Virus record (IMG/VR): IMGVR_UViG_3300033150_001333
Location: 1-57,375 of that record
DNA: 57,375 bases
Strand: one strand, 5' to 3'
Source of the DNA: a virus
Taxonomy: Duplodnaviria > Caudoviricetes
Of the stretch, positions 8,785 through 16,419 are shown piece after piece; the stretch's first letter is position 1, and each line of letters starts with the position of its first letter. The position numbers and the translations under genes are program-made. The notes under the pieces were generated by a model that saw nothing but the letters and a program-made list of their open reading frames with translations, made no database searches and was not told the origin of the DNA.

Positions 8785-8925
8785 AATAAAAAACCCACAC
8801 AGACAGAACAAGACTTTTTTGACATGGTGAAAGGCCAAGGTGTCTTGCTTGTCCGTGCGGGCTTGGTTTCAAAATGCCTTTCACCATATTGATTTATTCT
8901 TACCAGATTATTTTTAACTTGTCAA
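8785..8925 (-). promoter_or_regulatory. Sigma70-like promoter followed by an attenuator-like leader
   Basis: TTGACA(8925-8920)-17-TAAGAA; hairpin 8861-8794 plus U-tract; loop GCCTTTCACCAT complementary to the leader 5' end ATGGTGAAAGGC. Confidence 0.7.
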
Positions 8926-8928
8926 TAT

Positions 8929-8999
8929 CAAAAATGCCTACACAAGCAAACAGGTGAGAAAGGGAGGAGAAAAGGTGGGACCTGTCTGCCCGTGCAGGC
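8929..8999 (-). terminator. 20-bp hairpin with pyrimidine-rich loop and U-tract after recT
   Basis: GCCTGCACGGGCAGACAGGT / ACCTGTTTGCTTGTGTAGGC then ATTTTT; all four non-Watson-Crick pairs are G-U on the minus strand. Confidence 0.75.
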
Positions 9000-9005
9000 T
9001 GTGAT

Positions 9006-10253
9006 TTAAAATAATTCTTCTAATTCTTTTGCTTTGGTGTCAATCATCAAGTAGATTTCTGTAGCTTCCGCCTCATCCGAAATATCATAAATACTATTAT
9101 AACCCTTTTCTTTCAAAACCTCATTCACTAGTTCACGGTCATAATTTGACAATTGCTCTTCTAATTCCACAAGCCATTGTGCGGGAGGTTGAGCTTTCTT
9201 TTCTGGTTTAGCCTTTTTAGGTTTTGGAGGAGAAGTAGCAGGCTTATTCTTTGCTTCCCATTCCTTAAATTTTTCTACAAACCTATCTATTTTCTTTGTA
9301 GCTTTTTCTTTTACATATTCCATCGAGCAATTAACACTCTTTGCTACTGTTTCAATGTATTCTTCTACTCTTTCTTTATCTAATTTTTTTTTAGCAATCA
9401 CATCATCAAAAAATATTATTCGTTCAGGTTCAGGAGCTTGGTCTTCAATTTGTTTGGGTTTGTCGTCCTTTTTTTCTTTTCCAGCCTCCATATCCTTTAT
9501 ATCAATCACTTTACCTTGGAAAGTTACTTCTTCCTTTTTAGGTTCTTCTTCAATTGTAGACAATACAATGTCCTCTTCTTCCTCAGAAATTGCTATATCT
9601 AATTCAGGTGTTTTGCGTTTCATTTTAAGCATTTTCAAAACTGCACTCTTTCTCATCATAGCTTCAGGCCATAAATGCCAAGGACTATCTTTAGTTCCAG
9701 CTTGTTCAGCCTTTCTCCATGAAAGAGACATTTTTCTTCTTTTTTCAATTTCTTCCATTCTGATTATATCGAAATCCACTCTATCATCCTTTTTCCAAAG
9801 AGCGTAAGCACAAACAGCTTTCCCTCTGTCTTTTAATGCAATTTTATGGTGCAAATAAGCATCAGTGCCCAATTGATAATTAAACTCATCATTCTCATAA
9901 ACTACATGGGCTTCCACTTCAGCATCTGTTACTCTGTTTACCAACTCAATAAGACCTTGATAACCAATTTGGGCATTGCATTCTATTGGATGTCCTTGTT
10001 TTCTATTATTACGCCTAGGTATCAAATAAACATTATCTCCGCCTGGTAGTAATCCCCACTCTGCACATTTCAATAATGCACTGAGCAAACTTTCAGGAGT
10101 GCATTGTTGCAATTGAGGGTTTTTGAAAAGAGCGTTCCAAAAGGCTGCAATCAGGACATCTTTCTTCATTCCTTTAGGTAGCACTTTTAACTTCTCACTT
10201 GTTTCAGGAGAAACTAATTTGGCCTTGATTTCTGCTAGTTGATTTTTTTTCAT
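9006..10253 (-). CDS. recT: RecT-family single-strand annealing protein with long C-terminal extension
   Basis: NPQLQQCTPESLLSALLKCAEWGL...YLIP...QIGYQGLIEL...VVYENDEF...SPW...EAMMRKS. Confidence 0.92.
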   Translation of the reverse strand: MKKNQLAEIKAKLVSPETSEKLKVLPKGMKKDVLIAAFWNALFKNPQLQQCTPESLLSALLKCAEWGLLPGGDNVYLIPRRNNRKQGHPIECNAQIGYQGLIELVNRVTDAEVEAHVVYENDEFNYQLGTDAYLHHKIALKDRGKAVCAYALWKKDDRVDFDIIRMEEIEKRRKMSLSWRKAEQAGTKDSPWHLWPEAMMRKSAVLKMLKMKRKTPELDIAISEEEEDIVLSTIEEEPKKEEVTFQGKVIDIKDMEAGKEKKDDKPKQIEDQAPEPERIIFFDDVIAKKKLDKERVEEYIETVAKSVNCSMEYVKEKATKKIDRFVEKFKEWEAKNKPATSPPKPKKAKPEKKAQPPAQWLVELEEQLSNYDRELVNEVLKEKGYNSIYDISDEAEATEIYLMIDTKAKELEELF

Positions 10254-10256
10254 TGC

Positions 10257-10451
10257 CTATCCTCCTACATTTATTATTTTAAAAACTAAATCTATTGCTA
10301 CGACAATACAAGAAAAAAGGATAATAGAAAATAATACCATACCAAGAAAGAAAAAAGGTGGACTTAGTTCTTCAAATTTTGTTTCTATTTTAAGCCCAAT
10401 ATTATTAAGCAAGATAAAAAATATAACTACAAAATAACAAAATGTTTTCAT
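10257..10451 (-). CDS. Small membrane protein (two hydrophobic segments)
   Basis: Two hydrophobic stretches; coupled start. Confidence 0.6.
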   Translation of the reverse strand: MKTFCYFVVIFFILLNNIGLKIETKFEELSPPFFFLGMVLFSIILFSCIVVAIDLVFKIINVGG

Positions 10452-10660
10452 TATTTTTCTCCTTTATTTATTAAATCTTCAAGAGCTTCTCTTTCTTTCA
10501 CATAGTCTATCCATAGTTTAACTTCATCAACAGTCTTTCCATAGATATTTGTAAATTTTGGTTTTGGCACAGCTATATATTCATTGCCTTCCAAATAAAT
10601 TGCATAATTCCGATACTTTTCTATAAATCTTTTTCCTTCTTTGGTTTTTATTTTCCCCAT
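10451..10660 (-). CDS. Hypothetical protein, paralog of 4411..4593
   Basis: FIE.Y..Y.IYLE.N and NI...T..(D/E).K..ID shared. Confidence 0.7.
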   Translation of the reverse strand: MGKIKTKEGKRFIEKYRNYAIYLEGNEYIAVPKPKFTNIYGKTVDEVKLWIDYVKEREALEDLINKGEK

Positions 10661-11335
10661 TCAAATCCTCCTTGTTGCTATTTCTACTTCTTGATATATT
10701 TCAAGGCCATCAATATTTCTTACTCCTGCCCTAATAGCTGCATTAACTTTTTTGTTATCTACCATTAAATATTCTTTTGGTATTTTGTCAAAGTCCACTA
10801 TTTTAAATGTCCAATATTTTCTTTCATATACAGTGCCATTGTCCGTGCTTACTTTTAATTTTTCTTTAGGCATAGCAATTTCAGGTAGCTTGACTGGTTC
10901 AATACCTTTTTCTTTAGCTTCCTTATCCAGTTGCTCTTGTAATTTTTTCCTTTCTTCTTCAGCTTTCTTTTCCATTTCTCTGCGTTCCATTTCAAGACGA
11001 GTTTTGTAATTTTTTAACTTCAATTTTACTATTTTCTTTGAATTAGAAAGAGGTTTAACTACTTCATTAACCCTAGCTTTCACCTTTTTTATAAATGTTT
11101 TAGGGACAATTATTCTTTTCTCACACTCTTCATTAATTCGTTTTTCGTATTTTGCTATTGTAGCCAATAGCTCAGCAGCCTTTTGGCAATTTTCTTCATT
11201 TGTTATTTCTAGCATCTTTACTTCTTTTTCTAACTGAGTAAATCTTTTCTTCCAAACCAAAAAGGCATTTTGTGCCTCTATTAAAGCTAAATTAGCCTTG
11301 AATTCCGTAAATACTCCATTACTTTTCTCCATCAT
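10661..11335 (-). CDS. Coiled-coil recombination-module protein (Gam/gp157-like)
   Basis: Long coiled coil then WTFKIVDFDKIPKEYLMVDNKKVNAAIRAGVRNIDGLEIYQE; lies between exonuclease and recT. Confidence 0.65.
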   Translation of the reverse strand: MMEKSNGVFTEFKANLALIEAQNAFLVWKKRFTQLEKEVKMLEITNEENCQKAAELLATIAKYEKRINEECEKRIIVPKTFIKKVKARVNEVVKPLSNSKKIVKLKLKNYKTRLEMERREMEKKAEEERKKLQEQLDKEAKEKGIEPVKLPEIAMPKEKLKVSTDNGTVYERKYWTFKIVDFDKIPKEYLMVDNKKVNAAIRAGVRNIDGLEIYQEVEIATRRI

Positions 11336-11682
11336 TTATCTCCTTTTAATAAATTTGGATTTTCCCATACATTTCCTATTACTTCTAAATCATACCAATT
11401 TATTATCTCGCTTGATAAATCCATATAACTGCTGGTTATGGGATTTTTTAAATAAAAAGAACCGTTCCCAAAGCTAACTATCCATTTATCATAAAAAGAA
11501 GATATAATATCTTCTTCATAAATTTCTTTGCCGTTTATATCGGTCAATCCAGTAAATAGCATAAGAATAACATTTTTATAAAAACAACCTTCTATACTTA
11601 TTTCTTGATGTTTTAACCATATAGCATCAGGGTATAACATTTTTCTATTCTTTTTATCCCAAGCCCTAACTTTAATCTGCAT
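11332..11682 (-). CDS. YopX-family protein
   Basis: IKVRAWDK...LMLFTGLTDINGKEIYEEDII...LEVIGNVWENPNLL. Confidence 0.9.
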   Translation of the reverse strand: MQIKVRAWDKKNRKMLYPDAIWLKHQEISIEGCFYKNVILMLFTGLTDINGKEIYEEDIISSFYDKWIVSFGNGSFYLKNPITSSYMDLSSEIINWYDLEVIGNVWENPNLLKGDK

Positions 11683-12196
11683 TTAAATACCTCCATCCAT
11701 TCAAAAAATTTAAAAATGCCTGAAAGCCCTTATTCAGGTCATCAATAAAAATAGTGTCAACAATAGCAGGTTTCCCGTCTTTTTTAAGCCTTACCGCCGC
11801 CACTTTATTAGGTTTCAATTCTTCAGGCAGAGCATAATAATAAGCACTTAACTGCATTATCCATGCCTTGTTAGCTACCTCAGAGGTTTTTAAATCCCAT
11901 AGCCATTTTTCACCTTTCCATTCAACCAACATATCTGGATGCCCGATGTAGCCAAACTGCTTATGTTTAACTTCAAATTCAGCCTTGATTAGTTTCACAG
12001 GTAACAAGTTTCTAAAGGATTGAATATATCCTTCCAACTCTCCATATTCAGGCACAAACAAATTTTCAAGTTCAGCTACACAATACTTATGAATTAGCTT
12101 GCCTCTTTCACAAGCTAGCTCTAGCGTATTGCTTGAAACAGGAAATTCTAGGAAAGGTGATATTACTTCTGTAACTCTGGGATAACGCATAATCAC
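11672..12196 (-). CDS. PD-(D/E)xK exonuclease (Cas4/RecB-like), RecT partner
   Basis: PRVTEVI...ERGKLIH...AEFEV...YIGHPD...WDLKTS...QLSAY. Confidence 0.85.
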   Translation of the reverse strand: MIMRYPRVTEVISPFLEFPVSSNTLELACERGKLIHKYCVAELENLFVPEYGELEGYIQSFRNLLPVKLIKAEFEVKHKQFGYIGHPDMLVEWKGEKWLWDLKTSEVANKAWIMQLSAYYYALPEELKPNKVAAVRLKKDGKPAIVDTIFIDDLNKGFQAFLNFLNGWRYLNAD

Positions 12197-12201
12197 TCCT
12201 T

Positions 12202-12402
12202 TTAAGCTAAGTCTCTTATTCTTCCTTCTTCTTCTGAAACTTCGTGCAGAAAAGAACTAATCCTTTCAATTTCTGTATCAGAAAGCCGTTTTTCTATAGG
12301 CAAAAGATTATTTAAGGCGTAAAGGAAATTATGAACTCTACGTTTGTGGTCAAGTGGAATGTATTTTCCATTTTTTTCTTTGTAATTAATTTCGTAATTC
12401 AT
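12202..12402 (-). CDS. Hypothetical protein
   Basis: GGAGG SD. Confidence 0.6.
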   Translation of the reverse strand: MNYEINYKEKNGKYIPLDHKRRVHNFLYALNNLLPIEKRLSDTEIERISSFLHEVSEEEGRIRDLA

Positions 12403-12417
12403 ATTTGCCTCCTTTTT

Positions 12418-12645
12418 TTATTCTACAAATGAATGATTACAAATAATACATCCTGTAATCCGTTTATTTGACACAATGAAAGCTCCACAAATAGGACAGC
12501 TATCCCAGTTAAACAAATCCCACTTCTGTTGCACTTTTTCTAAATGCCCTGTTTCCCATAACTCTACCACTTCAGAAGCCTCTTTTTCAGTAAAGCCTTC
12601 AAAGTGGTAATTTGACCGTCTTGCTACAATCTTTCTTCCATTCAT
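12418..12645 (-). CDS. Small Zn-ribbon protein
   Basis: CPICG...GCIICNHSF. Confidence 0.7.
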   Translation of the reverse strand: MNGRKIVARRSNYHFEGFTEKEASEVVELWETGHLEKVQQKWDLFNWDSCPICGAFIVSNKRITGCIICNHSFVE

Positions 12646-12658
12646 TCCGACCTCCCTC

Positions 12659-12904
12659 TTATATAAAAACTTTCAATCTAATTCCATCCGTTCCATATTT
12701 TGAATACCTAAAATTTTTACACCAAATAATTCCTGATTCCATAATTCCAATAAAGTCTTCAATACCATCCTCATCTAAAGCAAAAATAAAAACAGGGATT
12801 ACAGTGTAGGATACTGGGATAATGAAGAATTCTTTAGAAAGAGCTGGATAATAATGACAAAATACGCCTTCCTCATTAATTGTAATCAATTTTAATTCAT
12901 CCAT
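12659..12904 (-). CDS. Hypothetical protein (true start 12904), paralog of 13584..13847
   Basis: GGAGG SD before ATG at 12904; FIGIMESGIIWCKNFRYS vs YIGDLEKGGVWCTEWRYG. Confidence 0.7.
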   Translation of the reverse strand: MDELKLITINEEGVFCHYYPALSKEFFIIPVSYTVIPVFIFALDEDGIEDFIGIMESGIIWCKNFRYSKYGTDGIRLKVFI

Positions 12905-12952
12905 CTTTCTCCTCCCTTTTTTTAAATTTAAATTAAATCCCCAAAAACTATC

Positions 12953-12981
12953 TTGCACCTTGTATGCTGTTAGGTTATAAT
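12953..12981 (+). promoter_or_regulatory. Sigma70-like promoter for 13031..13306
   Basis: TTGCAC-17 bp-TATAAT. Confidence 0.7.
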
Positions 12982-13030
12982 CTTCTTTTAAGTATTCTAC
13001 TGTATGCTTCTTATGGAGGGATAGTAAATC

Positions 13031-13306
13031 ATGCCAAAACGGCTTGTTTACCACACCAAAACAGAAGAAAATAAAATCGTAACCCTCTATCCGCCAAGGC
13101 TTCATTCTTTTGAACAGATTTTGAATTACATTGCATTCATTTGCAAAGGAGTAGAGAAAGGTTTGATTTCTGAAACTCAAGCCACCACAGTTAAGGAGTT
13201 GATTAGCATTGCAATAGAGGCCGTCCGTAAGAAACAAGAATTTGAGAAGTATGATGAAGTAGTAAGGTTCAGAGAGAAAGATGAAGAGGAAGACGAGGAA
13301 GAATAA
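13031..13306 (+). CDS. Counter-oriented small protein with acidic tail
   Basis: Own promoter, GGAGG SD, ends EKDEEEDEEE. Confidence 0.75.
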   Translation: MPKRLVYHTKTEENKIVTLYPPRLHSFEQILNYIAFICKGVEKGLISETQATTVKELISIAIEAVRKKQEFEKYDEVVRFREKDEEEDEEE

Positions 13307-13329
13307 ATTTATATTGGCACTATTTAGCA

Positions 13330-13584
13330 TTATTTATCTTCCCTCCAAATTACCCAAACATTTGTTTTGACTGTATATAAAATAGTAATTCGCTTTATCT
13401 TAGCCGTTTTACATCTCTGCTTAACAAAATATTGTGCTATTTTTATTGCATCAATAGGAGAAAGGTTAGGTTTAAGGGAAATAGAAGTTTTATAAGTGTT
13501 TCTGGTAATTTTTCTAGTGATATGGTAACCTATAGCAACTGAGGCAATCCAGAGAGCAATTAGTAAGATAATTAAGTCTTTCAT
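13330..13584 (-). CDS. Membrane-anchored small protein
   Basis: N-terminal hydrophobic helix LIILLIALWIASVAIGY. Confidence 0.65.
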   Translation of the reverse strand: MKDLIILLIALWIASVAIGYHITRKITRNTYKTSISLKPNLSPIDAIKIAQYFVKQRCKTAKIKRITILYTVKTNVWVIWREDK

Positions 13585-13847
13585 TAATCAACTCCTAGAA
13601 TTGCTTTTAAACATTCAACCTCAGTTTCTACTTGGCAGACAATACATAATTTGCCAAGGTGAAGACCATATCGCCATTCAGTACACCATACTCCACCTTT
13701 CTCTAAGTCTCCGATATAGACTAAACTATTATACATTTCCACTTTCAATGGCGAAAAAGAGAGAGGCACGCCTATAATTTTATCTTCACAAAAATATAAA
13801 ATAGTTTCATTTTTTGTTACATGAATATTGTAAGGTGGCAATTTCAT
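13584..13847 (-). CDS. Hypothetical protein, paralog of 12659..12904
   Basis: Shared IG..E.G..WC...RY motif. Confidence 0.7.
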   Translation of the reverse strand: MKLPPYNIHVTKNETILYFCEDKIIGVPLSFSPLKVEMYNSLVYIGDLEKGGVWCTEWRYGLHLGKLCIVCQVETEVECLKAILGVD

Positions 13848-14020
13848 TTAACAAGCTCCTTTTCCAGTCTTTTGCATTGATTATGTAGGGCACTTTCAAT
13901 TACTTTCCTAAACGATTTATTTGCCATTATCCGTCTTGTGCCTTTTACATGCGACCTATGTCCATAACGGCTAAACCCCACCTTGGGCAATTTCTTCTTG
14001 AGTATTTTTTCTTTAAACAT
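13844..14020 (-). CDS. Small basic protein, 58 aa, not in ORF track
   Basis: MFKEKILKKKLPKVGFSRYGHRSHVKGTRRIMANKSFRK...; GGAGG SD, ATGA coupling. Confidence 0.6.
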   Translation of the reverse strand: MFKEKILKKKLPKVGFSRYGHRSHVKGTRRIMANKSFRKVIESALHNQCKRLEKELVK

Positions 14021-14022
14021 TG

Positions 14023-14643
14023 CTAGCCTCCTTTTTCATCTAAGCAAACTAATAAACCTTTCATTTTTTGCTCCGTTATAGTGTTAACGACTTCAAACTT
14101 AATAAATTTGTTATATTCATCTTGATAAATAGAAATAGTAACGGGTTTATTTTTCTCATCATTAAATTTTTCAACTTGAGTGGCTATTTCTTTTAAGAGC
14201 TTTGCATTTACAGTTAGTGTTATAATTGGATTTTCTTTAGGATATGCTTTATCTGTATCAGGATATGAAATATCTTTGTTTTTTATGGACATTGTAAAGA
14301 CATTATCTAAATCTGTTGTTACCAAGATTGTCTTATCTTCTTTTTGAGATACCATGACATTTTCAAGAATAGGAAGAGGGCTTTTAGGGATTAACTTTCG
14401 AATTTTTGTTACTTCATTTTTGCTAAGATAGAAATCTCGCTCTTGTTTATATTCAAGCCCAGTTTCAGGATATTCCTCATAAGGTAAATTTGGCCTTGTT
14501 ACTTCTATTAATAAATACCTATCAGTAACAACTGTTTTTTCTTTAGTCACTTTAATAACTTGTGAAATATCAAAGTCATCTGAACTGTAATCACTTTCCT
14601 TTTCAAGTAAATTTGCTATTTGAAGATTGTATTTATTTAGCAT
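14023..14643 (-). CDS. Truncated DNA sliding clamp (DnaN)-like protein
   Basis: VVTDRYLL (cf. VATDGHRL), PLPILENVMV (cf. LPILSNVLL), TTDLD, YPDTDKAYP, VNAKLLKEI; 206 aa, shorter than three-domain DnaN. Confidence 0.65.
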   Translation of the reverse strand: MLNKYNLQIANLLEKESDYSSDDFDISQVIKVTKEKTVVTDRYLLIEVTRPNLPYEEYPETGLEYKQERDFYLSKNEVTKIRKLIPKSPLPILENVMVSQKEDKTILVTTDLDNVFTMSIKNKDISYPDTDKAYPKENPIITLTVNAKLLKEIATQVEKFNDEKNKPVTISIYQDEYNKFIKFEVVNTITEQKMKGLLVCLDEKGG

Positions 14644-14667
14644 TTTTATTACCTCCTTCTCTTTTTT

Positions 14668-15189
14668 TTATAAATAAAATTCTTTTCCCAAAACATACTG
14701 CAATGCTTCAGCAATATGGGTTGTCTTGATATTATCTTCTTTGTCTATTTCGCTAATAGTTTTAGCAACTCTTAAAGTTGTCTCTAATTCAGAAGGAAGC
14801 ATCCCTTTGGTTTTATATGCAGTTTCCAGAAGATTTAACCCTTCTTTATCTATTTTGCTTTTATCAAATTCAAGATACTCAAAGTTAAAGCAGTTAATTG
14901 CTGTAAAAGTCATATCCGTTTGAGGAAGATTTATTTGATACTTTTTAATTTCTTCTGGCGTGCATTTACATATTCTATTTGTGGAATTGAAGTTACCGCA
15001 AGGGCAAGGTTTTTTGACATAAATGATTTCTTCCAAAAGGTATCTTTGTTCTTCAGGAATGGTCTTTTTTAATCCGAATACTACTTGTTGAATGAAATAT
15101 ACATCACTCGTAATAATCAATAATGAATGTTTGCCATTTAAAGCAACATCTAAAACTCTTAAAAAATGTGGTGAATTAAATTTAATCAT
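14668..15189 (-). CDS. Miniature ComM/YifB (Mg-chelatase-like AAA+) homolog lacking ATPase motifs
   Basis: RVLDVALNGKHSLLII, PCPCG...CKCTPEEIKKY and LRVAKTISEIDKEDNIKTTHIAEALQY match ComM; P-loop replaced by TSDVYFIQ. Confidence 0.8.
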   Translation of the reverse strand: MIKFNSPHFLRVLDVALNGKHSLLIITSDVYFIQQVVFGLKKTIPEEQRYLLEEIIYVKKPCPCGNFNSTNRICKCTPEEIKKYQINLPQTDMTFTAINCFNFEYLEFDKSKIDKEGLNLLETAYKTKGMLPSELETTLRVAKTISEIDKEDNIKTTHIAEALQYVLGKEFYL

Positions 15190-15274
15190 TTTAGCCTCCT
15201 TTCTTAATCATTTATCCATTTACAAATAATCCATCCTGTTAACCAAAACGCTATTAAATAACCAAAAAAATCAA

Positions 15275-15466
15275 TCATCTTTGCTTCCTCCTTGTTTCTT
15301 TTGCAATTTTGTTTCTTCTTCTTCGTTTTAGAAATGTCTTTATAAGATGTCCTCTTTTTCTAGTAGAAGGCCTTTTACCAGTAAGATTGAATTTATTTTG
15401 GCCAAATAAAATGTCATGATATTCAAAGAATTTTGTTAATAGTTGTTGGTATGTTTTATAATTCAT
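15275..15466 (-). CDS. Small basic protein
   Basis: Arg/Lys-rich C-terminus KRRRRNKIAKETRRKQR; ATGA coupling. Confidence 0.65.
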   Translation of the reverse strand: MNYKTYQQLLTKFFEYHDILFGQNKFNLTGKRPSTRKRGHLIKTFLKRRRRNKIAKETRRKQR

Positions 15467-15684
15467 TTTGTTCTCCTTTTCACAAGCAATTTAGTCAAGC
15501 CGTCCTCTGCACCATCAACTTGCTTTCTTCTTTGTTCTTCCCTAATTTCTGCCTGTAAATAATAAATAGCACTTTCAATATTATTTAATTCTCTTTGTTT
15601 AGCTACCTCAGTCATCATAGTATGCGATTTTTCTAATATTTCTTTTGTTTTTAGCAATCTTTGTAAAGTTTCTAATTTCCCCAT
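15463..15684 (-). CDS. Hypothetical protein (likely start MGKLETL)
   Basis: AGGAGG SD before the internal ATG; the upstream extension runs through a terminator hairpin. Confidence 0.6.
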   Translation of the reverse strand: MGKLETLQRLLKTKEILEKSHTMMTEVAKQRELNNIESAIYYLQAEIREEQRRKQVDGAEDGLTKLLVKRRTK

Positions 15685-15701
15685 TTCAAGCCCTCCTTTC
15701 A

Positions 15702-15741
15702 AAATAAAAAAGCCCGATGCTCCATAAAGGAACACCGAGCC
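15702..15741 (-). terminator. Intrinsic terminator in the early operon
   Basis: GCTCGGTGTTCC-TTTAT-GGAGCATCGGGC followed by TTTTTATTTT. Confidence 0.7.
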
Positions 15742-15771
15742 TAAATTTTTAGGGTGGGTGCTTAATTATTC

Positions 15772-15960
15772 TTATAAATCAACTTCTGAATGCTTCCCGC
15801 AATACTCTTTTTCCATTTCCTCCCATTTTTGTTTTTCTTTATAATAGCAATCTTCACAAAGTCCGTGTGCCCATTCTGCTTGAGGTGGAAAAATCCTTCC
15901 ACATCTTTTACAAGTAAAAGTTTCTTCTTCCCATCCTATTTCTTCTTTTTCTTTTGTCAT
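15772..15960 (-). CDS. Small Zn-finger protein
   Basis: CKRCG...GLCEDCY; strong SD. Confidence 0.7.
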   Translation of the reverse strand: MTKEKEEIGWEEETFTCKRCGRIFPPQAEWAHGLCEDCYYKEKQKWEEMEKEYCGKHSEVDL

Positions 15961-15987
15961 TTACTTTACCTCCTTTCTCTTAAATTC

Positions 15988-16404
15988 TTAGATATTCAAC
16001 GCTTCTTTTATTTTTGCTATTTTCTCTGCTTCAGTTTCAAATGTTTTCATTTTTGAGATATTTTCAAGAAACTCTTCAAGTGCGACGCTGGCATCCTTTA
16101 TATTGATATATGTCAGTTCAATAATATATACAGGCACAACTCAATCTGATATTTCAATCACCGCTTTACCATTTCTCAAGGCGAAATTAGCCTCCCCACC
16201 ACAATTATTATGCCAATTATGTCCATCCCAGTAGTCATATTTAACAATGAATTTCTGCTTTGTATCATATCCTGTTACAGCATCAGGCACTTGCTTAGAC
16301 ACCCAATCCAATATTGCTTGGATATCTTCTTTAGCCTTTTTGGTTGCTCTTTCCCTTCTTTTCATTCTTTCAATTATCCCTGTAATTCTTTCTATTTCTT
16401 GCAT
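15988..16404 (-). pseudogene. Early gene with in-frame TGA at 16141-16143
   Basis: Frame stays open for 50 more codons (VVPVYII...LEEFLENISKMKTFETEAEKIAKIKEALNI*) up to the next SD. Confidence 0.55.
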
Positions 16405-16419
16405 TGTTACTTACCTCCT

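Noticed and set aside
11672-12196. Cas4 as evidence of a CRISPR system
   Set aside because: Lacks the Fe-S cysteine cluster and lies in the recT module; ordinary phage exonuclease
12905-13330. N-terminal 142 aa of the listed 223-aa minus ORF
   Set aside because: Overlaps the plus-strand gene 13031-13306; a better start with SD is at 12904
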